Shown here: positions 50,924 through 62,000 of the stretch, piece by piece | How the letters are laid out: each line of letters begins with the position of its first letter | Position numbering within the stretch: position 1 is the first letter of the stretch | Origin: Bacteroidales bacterium | GTDB taxonomy: Bacteria > Bacteroidota > Bacteroidia > Bacteroidales > UBA12077 | Assembly: GCA_028282585.1 (NCBI GenBank) | Contig: JANQHR010000046.1 | Coordinates: 32,001-96,000 of the forward strand | Direction: 5' to 3' | DNA length: 64,000 bases | Notes under the pieces: model-generated | What the model saw: the letters and a program-made list of their open reading frames with translations, nothing else | Databases searched by the model: none | What the model was told of the DNA's origin: nothing | Program-made: the position numbers and the translations under genes

Positions 50924-53900
50924 TTAGATTGTAATTTTCTTACCAGCTGACATTTCTTCCTCTACCAAACCTACATTCTTAATCATATCGATTAGTACCG
51001 CAATTTTTCGAATGGTAGTAGCAACGAATATATCAGAAATAAGTATTTTAATATCAAAGGTGTTATTTATTTGATTTATAAGAATATTTGCTTTTACGGA
51101 ATGTCCGCCAAGTTCAAAGAAATCAGCATCAATACTAATCTTATTATCAGAAATACCTAATATATTGGACCATATTGTAACCAGTTGAGCTTCTAACTCT
51201 GTTGTAGGTGGTATATATTCAATTGTATCTTCAATATTTATCTCTGGCAATGCAGTTTTATCAACCTTTCCATTTTTGTTTAAAGAAATATTTTCAATTT
51301 CTTTGAAATACTGAGGAATCATGTACTCAGGAATAACATCTTTTAATTCCTCCTTTATATCATTTGAATCTATTTCATAATCTGTAACATAGTAAGCACA
51401 TAAATATTGCATGTTTAAATTATCCGTTTTTACAATTACAATAGCATCTGATATACGATCCAGTGATTTTAAAACAGACTCGATTTCTCCTAATTCAATA
51501 CGATAACCTCTAATTTTAACCTGAAAATCATTTCTACCGATAAATTCTAAACTGCCATTTGGTAACATTCGAGCTAAATCTCCTGTTTTATATAGTTTTT
51601 CATTATCAACAAAAGGATTTTTAATATAACATGTATTAGTTAATATCAGATTATTCAAATAACCTTCCGTTATACATTCTCCACCTATATATAATTCACC
51701 AACCATACCTTTTGGTAAAGGATTTAAATCCTCATTTAAAATGTAAACTTTAGTATTTGGAAATGGATTACCAATTGGAACATTGGTGTTCTTATCTGTT
51801 TCAGTATTATATTTATGGATAATACACCCTACAGTAGCCTCAGTTGGGCCATACTCATTAAATATTTCTATCCTATTGGCAAATAAATCAATTATATTAT
51901 GTGCCAATTGTGTTTCTAGTTGTTCTCCTCCTATTACTATTGTTTTTACTCTACTCTTATTGATTATATCACTCAAACCTTGATTGTCTCTAATAAGCTT
52001 TAAATGTGAAGGCGTTAATTTAATTACATCCACTTTATTATCCGATAGTACTTTCTCAATATCCGCTTCTTCGTAAATTACTAATTTACTACCATTTATC
52101 AAAGGAGTAAAAATTGATGTGATGGTTAAATCAAAAGTCAATGATGTATATAACGGGAAATTAGATTCCTTTTGTTTACAATAAAACTTATTAGCACTCC
52201 AAATGTAATTAACCAAGTTCTTATGATTAACCAAAACTCCTTTGGGATTTCCTGTAGTTCCTGATGTATAAATGCAATAAGCGATATTATACGTAAATCC
52301 CTCGGGTAAGTTTTCTTTATAGCTTAAAAGCTTTTCGTTATTTAAATTTTCATAAAAATCATTTATCTCAAAAATCTTTATTTTACTATAACTATCCTTA
52401 TTAAAAGCAATTCCAGGAATTTCAATTAACTGCTTTTCTGTAGGGAAACTTCCCTTATTTTCAAGGATTGTTGAAACTACCTGTGCAAAGGTCTTCTCAC
52501 CTTCTCCAAAAACAACCAAATCAACGTTTAAGTTTTTAAGTACTTCATCATAATTACTAGTTGGATAAGGACCTCCTGCGATTAATATCCCTTTATAATA
52601 TTTCCTAATATTTTCAACTGTTTCGTTAAAATATAGTTTATAATAAACTAAGGACCTACAACCTACAATATCCGGTTTGAATTCTTCAATTATTTCTTGC
52701 AATTCAGAATGACTATCAAAATCAACCCGTGATTTTATAATTTTACAATTAACTTTATTATTAAATTCTTTATTAATGTATGTTGCCAGATACATTAAGC
52801 CCAATGGAGGCTCAATTACATCATAAATATCCTGAGAATCTTTTGAAAAATATAATGATAAATCTATTAAAAGTATTTTAAGTCTATCATTGGATTTAAC
52901 ATCATGTGAAAAATGAGCTTTAATTTTTGAGTTTAAGTCAATTGTTTTATTACTTTCAGAATTATTCTCATCTAATTCTATTTCATCTTTAAGTCCTATA
53001 AAATTCAATAATTCTTCAAATGTGCTAATATTAACAGGTAGATAACTGTTATATTTTTGAACTAATTCATCTTTCGTTAATACCTTTAATTGATATGGCA
53101 ATACTTTTTTAAGTCTCTCTTTAGAAAGAAAGTATTCATTAAGAAATATTGATTGATACTTTTTTGTAAATGATTCATTAAACGGCAAAGTTAAAGGTAA
53201 TGCATGATGAGGAAGATGTTCTGACATTGAAATAGATTTCTCAGAAATACCATTTTCCAATGCCATTTTATGCATATCTGTATTTTTATAAATCTTTAAA
53301 ATATTGATATAAGGAAAATGTATCCATTTAATACTTTGAATAAAATTTAATGTCATTAGAGCTTCCTCTTCTGTTTCAGTTGGGAATCCATGCATTGTCA
53401 TTAGTTCAATAATAACCTGAGGATAGGTTTTACTAATATATTCAAGATTATCTTTTAATTTTTGTAAATCAATATTTTTATTTATAAGCTTTTGTAATCG
53501 TGGAGACGCGGTTTCAAGAGCTAAAGCAAAATTTACAACACCTGCTTTTACCATCAAATCAATGTACTCTTTAGTTAAGATATCTCCTCTTAATCCGTTA
53601 GGGAAAAAAAAGTTTACTTTTAATCCATTTTCAATAATCAGTTCAAAAAATCGCTTACTGTTTTGAACATTTAAATTAAAAATATCATCAACAAATGAGA
53701 ATCTTTTAATTCCCATTTTATAGTAAAGATTAACTTCTTCGAATATATTATCAGCAGATCTAAATACATGCTTTTTAGACCAAACTTTATGACAATATGC
53801 ACATTTAAAAGGACAACCTCTGGTTGCTTGAATTGAAATGCTATTTTTCACCATAGCTTGTCCTATATATTGAGTATAATAGTTATAATCAACTAAAGAA

Positions 53901-55870
53901 CGGTTAGGCATAGGTAAAGAATCAAATTCTTTAATTGGATCTCTATTTATTGTTTTTACAATATTATCGGTATCAAGAATATTCTGAATTTTTCTCTCTC
54001 GAATTATTTTCTTCGAAGCTATAATCAATGATAATTGAGAATCAGTTACAATAGTACGAAGTCTTTTTTCAGGTATATCGGTATCCAAGGGTAAATAAAC
54101 ACAGTTTAGTTTAAGTATTCCCAGTATTGCAACTATTGTATCGATTGATCGTTCCATCATAACACCGACCATCTCACCTTCGTTGATATTTTTATATTTA
54201 AGAAATGCAGCAAATTTATCTGACACTTCTCCAAGTTCTTTATATGTCAGAGTTTCTTTATGCATTTGCAATGCTATATCGGAAGGAGTTTCTTCTACCT
54301 GATTATTAAATAAATCAATAATGGTCTTATCGTAGGGAAAATACGATTTTGTTCGGTTAAGGTCAAAAACTATCCGTTCTTTTTCTTCAGAAGTAAGCAG
54401 ATCAACCTGTCCTAAAGTCAACTCATCATCTCGAACAATCTGATTAGAAAGATTTTTAAAGAAACTCCCAAATCTATCAATAGTATCTGAATTAAATAAA
54501 TCAGTTGAATATTCAAAGTTTAATAAGATTTGGTTACCGTAATCATACACATTTAGTCTTAAATCAAACTTAGAGTGTCCCTTTATATGGTTGTTTATTG
54601 TATTATGATCAGATTTTTTAATTTCAGTTTCTTTGGTATTTTGTAAAGCAAATACAACATCAAATAAGGGATTTCTATTGGTATTTTTTGTTATGGTTAA
54701 TTTATCTAACAACTCCTCCAGAGGATACTCTTGGTTTTCAAAGGCTTCCACTGTTAAAGTCTTGATTTCTTTAAGGTAATCTTTAATCTTCTTATTTCCA
54801 TCCGGGAAACTTCTTAAAGCCATTGTATTAACAAACATTCCAACAACTCCCGCAAAATCAACATGAGGTCTGGCTTCATTTGTAGTTCCAATAATAATAT
54901 CATTTTGTCCGGATATCTTTGACAATAGTATCTTAAATGTTGCTAACATTATCATGTATAATGTTAATCCATTTCTTGATATATATGCCTTTACATTTTG
55001 AGTTTCACCTATCGATAGTGCATAGGAAACCGTAGCTCCTTCGAAATTTATATTCGCGCTGCGAGAATAATCAGTTGGCAGGTCTAATGAAGGTAATTCG
55101 CCAGCTAATTTTTGTAACCAATATTTCTCACTTTGGAGCTTCTTATCATGTTGCTGTTTACTTTTTCGCCATTCAGAAAAGTCAGTATATTGCAAATTAC
55201 GTGAAGCCAATTTTTTCCCTTCATACAATTTTATAAAATCTTCAGTTAGTATTGAGTGTGATATACCATCGCAAATGATGTGGTGCATATCAATAAACAA
55301 AAGTGATCTGTTCGTATTTGTTTTTATCAAACTACTTCTAACTAATGGAGCTTTATCCATTTCAAAAGGTTTTAATAAAGTATGCTGAATATTATTAATT
55401 TCTTCTTCTTGAATATATAACTCGTTCAAAGTAAAATTGATATTTTCATTAATTATTTGAACTATGGAATCACCCACCATTCTGTAAGATGACCTTAAAA
55501 TATCGTGATGATTAATCAGAATTGAAAATAATTCTTCGATTTTATCCTTGTCAAGGCCATCAGGTAATGGAATGAAAAAGGGCATATTATATGCAACATT
55601 ATTAGATAACTGTTGCAATAAATACATTCTGGTTTGCGGAGAAGTTAATGAATAATATTCCTTTTTTTCACTTTTTTTTATATTAGCAAATGAATTTTGC
55701 CTATTATACTTAACTAGAAATTCAATTAATTCTTTCTTATTATCTCTAATTAATTCTATTAACTCCTTCGTTATTTTTTCCTTATCACCTTTCAGTTTTA
55801 TTTGATTTTCACTTAATCCAATTTTAATTCCTTTCTGATTGAGGTGATCTACCAGTTCGAAGATATTCAT
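50924..55870 (-). CDS. NRPS: docking-C-A(Asn/Asp-like, radical SAM/B12 inserted)-T
   Basis: HHIICDG; code DLTKVGEVGK; RGCPFKCAYC insert between A2 and A3; GGHSV. Confidence 0.94.
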   Translation of the reverse strand: MNIFELVDHLNQKGIKIGLSENQIKLKGDKEKITKELIELIRDNKKELIEFLVKYNRQNSFANIKKSEKKEYYSLTSPQTRMYLLQQLSNNVAYNMPFFIPLPDGLDKDKIEELFSILINHHDILRSSYRMVGDSIVQIINENINFTLNELYIQEEEINNIQHTLLKPFEMDKAPLVRSSLIKTNTNRSLLFIDMHHIICDGISHSILTEDFIKLYEGKKLASRNLQYTDFSEWRKSKQQHDKKLQSEKYWLQKLAGELPSLDLPTDYSRSANINFEGATVSYALSIGETQNVKAYISRNGLTLYMIMLATFKILLSKISGQNDIIIGTTNEARPHVDFAGVVGMFVNTMALRSFPDGNKKIKDYLKEIKTLTVEAFENQEYPLEELLDKLTITKNTNRNPLFDVVFALQNTKETEIKKSDHNTINNHIKGHSKFDLRLNVYDYGNQILLNFEYSTDLFNSDTIDRFGSFFKNLSNQIVRDDELTLGQVDLLTSEEKERIVFDLNRTKSYFPYDKTIIDLFNNQVEETPSDIALQMHKETLTYKELGEVSDKFAAFLKYKNINEGEMVGVMMERSIDTIVAILGILKLNCVYLPLDTDIPEKRLRTIVTDSQLSLIIASKKIIRERKIQNILDTDNIVKTINRDPIKEFDSLPMPNRSLVDYNYYTQYIGQAMVKNSISIQATRGCPFKCAYCHKVWSKKHVFRSADNIFEEVNLYYKMGIKRFSFVDDIFNLNVQNSKRFFELIIENGLKVNFFFPNGLRGDILTKEYIDLMVKAGVVNFALALETASPRLQKLINKNIDLQKLKDNLEYISKTYPQVIIELMTMHGFPTETEEEALMTLNFIQSIKWIHFPYINILKIYKNTDMHKMALENGISEKSISMSEHLPHHALPLTLPFNESFTKKYQSIFLNEYFLSKERLKKVLPYQLKVLTKDELVQKYNSYLPVNISTFEELLNFIGLKDEIELDENNSESNKTIDLNSKIKAHFSHDVKSNDRLKILLIDLSLYFSKDSQDIYDVIEPPLGLMYLATYINKEFNNKVNCKIIKSRVDFDSHSELQEIIEEFKPDIVGCRSLVYYKLYFNETVENIRKYYKGILIAGGPYPTSNYDEVLKNLNVDLVVFGEGEKTFAQVVSTILENKGSFPTEKQLIEIPGIAFNKDSYSKIKIFEINDFYENLNNEKLLSYKENLPEGFTYNIAYCIYTSGTTGNPKGVLVNHKNLVNYIWSANKFYCKQKESNFPLYTSLTFDLTITSIFTPLINGSKLVIYEEADIEKVLSDNKVDVIKLTPSHLKLIRDNQGLSDIINKSRVKTIVIGGEQLETQLAHNIIDLFANRIEIFNEYGPTEATVGCIIHKYNTETDKNTNVPIGNPFPNTKVYILNEDLNPLPKGMVGELYIGGECITEGYLNNLILTNTCYIKNPFVDNEKLYKTGDLARMLPNGSLEFIGRNDFQVKIRGYRIELGEIESVLKSLDRISDAIVIVKTDNLNMQYLCAYYVTDYEIDSNDIKEELKDVIPEYMIPQYFKEIENISLNKNGKVDKTALPEINIEDTIEYIPPTTELEAQLVTIWSNILGISDNKISIDADFFELGGHSVKANILINQINNTFDIKILISDIFVATTIRKIAVLIDMIKNVGLVEEEMSAGKKITI
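52400..53950 (-). other. Radical SAM plus B12-binding didomain embedded in an adenylation domain (approximate bounds)
   Basis: In frame between NCVYLPLD (A2) and IYTSGTTGNPKG (A3); CPFKCAYC, VDDIFN, HGFPTET, then EPPLGLMY, AGGPYPT, FGEGE, IPGIAF. Confidence 0.88.
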
Positions 55871-56026
55871 TTTCTATTTATTAATTATTAATTCAGATTA
55901 AGCTTATCTTTTAATTATTCTTTGAACAGTAAGAAAATAAGCCTTCAATATTTATTAATTTGATTATCTTTTATTTACAAATTACACTATACTAAAATCT
56001 AAGAAAGTAAGGTGGTATCAGATTAA

Positions 56027-59000
56027 TTAAATAATAATTTCAACTTCCTCATTAACTTCATCGTCTTCTTCAATATTTTGGAGTAATTGAATCAGTTTTG
56101 AAATTGTTTTTATGTTAGGGTTTTCAAAGAAATCTCCAAGTCGGATTTCTATATTGAATTCTTTATATATCATTGAAGTAATTTGAATTGCATTTAAGCT
56201 ATGTCCTCCAATTTCAAAAAAGTCGTCGTATATGCCTATTTTATCAAGTGCAAGAACTTCTTCCCAAATTTTAGTTAATTTTTTTTCTACATTGGTTTGT
56301 GGTTCGACATAGCTATTACTTTCAAGCTTAAAGTCTTTTAAATTTGCCAACTGCCTCCTGTCAGCCTTTCCATTTGTATTTAATGGTATTTTATCCAGTT
56401 GAATAAAAAAAGTTGGAACCATGTAAGCTGGTAATTTTTTTGAGATTTCCGATATAATAACACTGGTGTCTATTTTATTTTTATTCGATACAGTATAAGC
56501 CACCAGTTTTTTATTTCCCGAGTTATCATCTATTGCTATTACAACACTTTCTTTAATATCATCCAATTGATTAAGTACCGATTCTATTTCTCCCAGTTCA
56601 ACTCTAAATCCTCGTATTTTTATTTGATCATCTATTCTACCCAAAAATTCTATATCGCCACTTGGAAGCCATCTTGCTATGTCGCCAGTTTTATAAATTC
56701 TAACTGCATCCTTAGGGTTATCTTTTTCAGAATAAATTTTACCACGTTCTTTATTCCATATTATAAATTTATCTTTTGTCAGAGAATTATTCTGATAATA
56801 CCCTCGTGCTAAACCGACACCACCTATATGTAATTCTCCGGGGATACCAACAGGTTGTAATTTGTGGTTATTATTTAAAATAAAAAGATTAATATTATCA
56901 ATAGGTTTACCGATTGGAATTGTATCTACTTTTTCATCCCTGGTGCAATTATAATATGAAACGTCAACTGTCGCCTCGGTAGGACCATAAAGGTTTACTA
57001 AATTAACTTTTAAGTTTTTAAATAATTCATTAAAAAATAAAACACTATTTGCCGATAAGGCTTCACCACTAGCAAATACCTGTATTAAACTTTTTAGATT
57101 GTCTACGTCTACATTATGATCCTTAATATACTGTAAAAAAACATTTAACATAGAAGGCACAAAATGTATTTTTGTTACTTCTTTTTTAGTTATTGTCTCA
57201 ATTATTCTATTTGGATCTTTTTCTTCATTTTTGTCTAATAAAACCAATGATGCCCCATAAAAACTCCACCAAAATAGTTCCCATACTGAAACATCAAAAC
57301 CTATTGAAGTCTTTTGAATCAAAATATCCGTTGGAGAAGCATTATATTTTTTTTGCATCCAGTTAATTCTGTTTATTACAGAATGATGTTCTATCATAAC
57401 TCCTTTAGGTTTTCCTGTAGAACCCGATGTATAAATAACATATGCTATATTGTTGGAGTTAGCCTGATTAAATTCTTTTAATCCAGGTTTTTCATAAGAA
57501 AAACTATCTATGAATATCAAATCTGTACCCGTTTCTTCGAACTTATCCTTTAAATGAATTTTTGTTATAACAAGGTTACATCCACTATCTGATAGCATTA
57601 TTGATATTCTTTCATCAGGATAATCTGGAATAATAGGTAAATAAGCAGCTCCTGACTTTAAGATTCCATAAATACAGATCATCATTTCTATTGATCTATC
57701 CATACTAACTCCTACTAGCTTTTCAGGCCCAATTCCACAATGTCGAAGATATTCTGCTAATTCATTTGCTTTAGCATTTAATTCTTTATATGTTATTCTT
57801 TCATCTTTATAGATTAAAGCAATCTTATTAGGAGTTTTTAAAACCTGCTCTTCAAATAAATAATGGATACATTTCTCTTTAGGATAATTAACTTTTGTAT
57901 TGTTGAAATTACCTAAAATCTGACCCTTTTCTTCTTTTGTCAATATATCCAGTTCATTTATAATAATATCTTTATTCTCAACTACACTTGTAACTATCTT
58001 GTTAAAATGCTTTAATATTCTTTTAACCGTATCTCTATAAAATAAATCGGTATCGTAAATTATAGAAAGTTTTATTTCATTATTATTATGATGAAATATG
58101 AAATCCAAATCAAATGTACTTTTTATATTATTGCTGCTGTTTTTAAAAGGTTTCAAACTTAAATGATTGCTATTACTTGTTTCATTTTCATAAACAAAAT
58201 CTCGATCACTATTATATAATACAATTACATCAAAAAATGCAGATCCTACCGAATTTCTTTCTGTAGATAATTCCTCAACTAATTTACTAAATGGATATTC
58301 CTGGTGATTATATGCTTCTTGAGTATTATCTCTAACACTATTTAAAAATTGCTCAAAAGTTTTATTTCGATCAACTTTATTTCTTAAAGTCAACATATTT
58401 ACATAATATCCAATTTGATCTCTTAAATTATAATTTTGTCTACCTGATACAGGAGTTCCAATTATTATATCATTTTGGTCTGTATATTTATAAAGTAATA
58501 TTTTCACTAATGAAAGTAGTGTCATAAATGGAGTAGAATAATTGCTTTTACTGATATCAAGTAAACTATCCACCTGGTATTTGGATAGAGTCAGGCTTAC
58601 AAGATCTGCTCCATGTGATTTGCTTTTTGTCCTACTTTTATCGGTTGGAATATTTAAAGATGGCAGTTTACCTCCAAGTATTTTATGCCAATATTCTTTG
58701 TGTTTTCTATAAATATCCGAGTTTACTATATTATTTTGCCAGGCACTGTAATCTTTATACTGAATTGTTAATGGTTCAACTAGTACTTTTTCATTATTTA
58801 TTCGAGAATTGTATAGATTTAATGCATCTTTACCAAATACATACATTGACCATCCATCGCTTATAATGTGATGCATTGCGTAAACAAAGACATATTTCTT
58901 TTCTTCAATCTTAATCAGATAGCTTCTTAACAAAGGTCCTTTGTATAAATCAAATCTTTTTGTTTTAGCTTCTTTTATTAATTCATTTACTTTCTTTTCT

Positions 59001-62000
59001 GTAGAAGCTTCTTTACTAAAGTCATATTCCTCTATCTCAAAATCAATAGAAGTTAATACCTTTTGTTTAAATTGTCCATCCTTTTTTGCGAATACCGTTC
59101 TAAATGATTCATGTCTGTTAATTAACATATTAAATACATTTCCAAAAACACCAGCGTCAACTTCTCCTTCCAAGATAAAAGAGTTAGATATTATGTACCC
59201 ATAATTATTCTTAGATAATTCATCAATTAAAAGTAGTTGCTTTTGCGAATATGATACTTCGTAATACTCCTGATGCTGTACTTTCGGAATAACATTTCTA
59301 TTGTAATTTAACTGATTTGTTGAATCAGTTGAATTATCTATTAATTCATTTAGTTTATCGATATCAATTCTATTAAAATCGATGCAATCAATAAGTTTTA
59401 TTTTATATTCATTACCAGTATAAGAAGGATCATTATAAAGCATTTTTTGAAGATTCCTAATAAATGGTTCTACTGACAATAAAGAAACAAACTCTTCAGC
59501 TTTAATTTTTGCAATACTTGACTGCTTTTCATAAACTTCTTTGCTATAATATAAATCTTTTAATGCCTTTATCCAAGGTTCTATTTCTTGTTCAGGAACT
59601 ATTGCTTGTGGTAAAGAATTTTCGTTAAACTCATTCTTATATTCTTTAATATGATTAATAGGTATCAGGTAATCCGTTTCTAATTTTGCTTCTATTAATC
59701 CTCCATGCTGACTAGCTAAAACAGGAATTCCCCTTAACATAGCATCAGTACAGGCCATACCAAATCCTTCAGCCCATAATGTTGGCATTAATAATATCTT
59801 TACATTAGCCAAGAGTTCATTTAAACTCTCTTTATTTTCCATTATTGTAATGTTAGGCACCTCATTCATCAACCTCATATCTGTTGGCGTAGTACCCCAA
59901 CCCGGAACAATTGCGAATTTAATTTCAGGTAATAATTTTGCTAAAGTCAATAGTATTTTAATTCCTTTTACATCACACGGATTAAACATAAAAACATATT
60001 CATTATCAAAGGAAGCTAACTTTGGAAAAATGTCATTTCCAAAATGAGGCGGATGGTTTACAAAAGTACTGAATCCAGTATGTGTTTTAACATAATTAGA
60101 AACATACTCACTAATTGTTACAATCTGAGTTGATTTACCTATTAATTCGGTTCGCTTTTTTCCAGGGTAAAGACTTTCAGGCCCGAATGGAAGTAATTGG
60201 GGAGTATGAGCTAAATATATTATATTATCGGATCTAACCTCATGAATAGCTTTTAACAGTTGTTGAGATGGATCTTCTGCAGAAATAAATATCCAATCGG
60301 GTTGAAATTCTTTAATTATCTTTTGAAGTTCTACTTTTAAATCATCAGTTTCTAAAATTGCATGTACTTCAACATTCTTTATATTAAAAACATACTTTTT
60401 ATCATAAACATCAACGGTTATTCCATCATCTTTTAAGCTTTCCAATAATTCCTGGCTCGTAATATCACTAGGAACAGCTAGTGCAGGTGTAACAACTTTT
60501 ACATTATGACCAAGTTGTGCAATTTCTTCTACCAAATATTTATTTGATTTATTAGCGCCTCCAAATACTCTTGTATAAGGTAGATTCATAGTTAAAATCA
60601 AATCAAGTTTAATATTAGGTGCTACATCTATCTTCTGTAGAATTTCCTTAATATTTGCAATATCAGATTGCTCTATTTTTCTTCTTAATATCAGTTTCCC
60701 AAAATCTTGAATTGTTGTTTTTGAAAATAGAACTACAAAATCAATATCTGTTGAGAATTCATGATTTATCCTTGATAATAATTTTATTGCTAGTAAACTG
60801 TTTCCACCTAAATCAAAAAAGTTTGAGTTAATACTAATTTCATCAACTTCAATATTTAAAACTTCGGCCCAAATAGATGCTAATTGTTTTTCAGTCTTAT
60901 TACGAGGAGCAATATAGTTATTGTTAATACCTGCACGTGGTTCCGGTAATTTTTCTTTATCAACTTTTCCGTTAATTGTCAAAGGTAAATTATCAATAAT
61001 GACAAAAAATGATGGGATCATGTATTCTGGAAGCTTTCTTTTTAAAAACTCCCTAAGAATATCATTCAGCTCTGATATTTTATTATCATGGAGTATAATA
61101 TATGCGCACAGATATTTTTCACCAGAGTCACTTAATTTATCCACAACAATTGTATCTTTAATCAAATCATGTTTTAGAAGATTCTTTTCAATCTCACCTA
61201 ATTCAATACGATACCCTCTTATTTTTATCTGGTTATCAATCCTTTCAACGAATTCTAAGTTTCCATCTGATTTAAAAAAGGCCTTATCTCCGGTTTTATA
61301 TAAAATATGGTTATTGGAAGTATTAATAAATTTTTCAGATGTAAGTTCAACTCTGTTCAAGTATCCTTCGGCAAGGCAGTTTCCTCCAATATAAATTTCA
61401 CCTGGGATTTCTTTAGGAATAACATTAAATTTATTATCGAATAAATAAATATTAGAATTTGATATTGGTTTTCCAATAGGAACATTTTCGGCATAGTCAT
61501 CTTCAATTTTGTATTCATAAATCATACATCCAACCGTTGCTTCAGTTGGACCATATTCGTTATATATTTGTACAGATCTCTGAAATGCCTTTGATACAAT
61601 TCTGCAGTCTTTACTTTTAAGCTGATCTCCACCAATAATCAGTTTCCTAACATTTGAGTTTTTAAGATTATATTCATCTAATATTTTTAAGTGAGCTGGT
61701 GTTAACTTTACGATATTTATATCCTTATTATCAAATATTCTGCTAAAAGTTTCAGGAATATCTGTCGAATCATAAATAATAATTTTACCACCGGTTAAAA
61801 GTGGAACATAAATAGAGGTTTTGGTTAAGTCAAAGGATATGGATGAATATAATGGAAAATTAAAATTACCATCTATGTTATATATGTCCGAAGCCCAATT
61901 TATATAATTAGCAATACTTTCATGATTAACAATTACTCCTTTTGGATTTCCAGTTGAACCGGAAGTATAAATTATGTATGCGCTTTTATAATTCTTGTTT

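Noticed and set aside
2625-61394. Short plus-strand ORFs (60-157 aa) in the six-frame track
   Set aside because: They lie antisense to long motif-rich minus-strand genes, have Ser/Phe/Ile-rich shadow composition and show no recognisable motifs.
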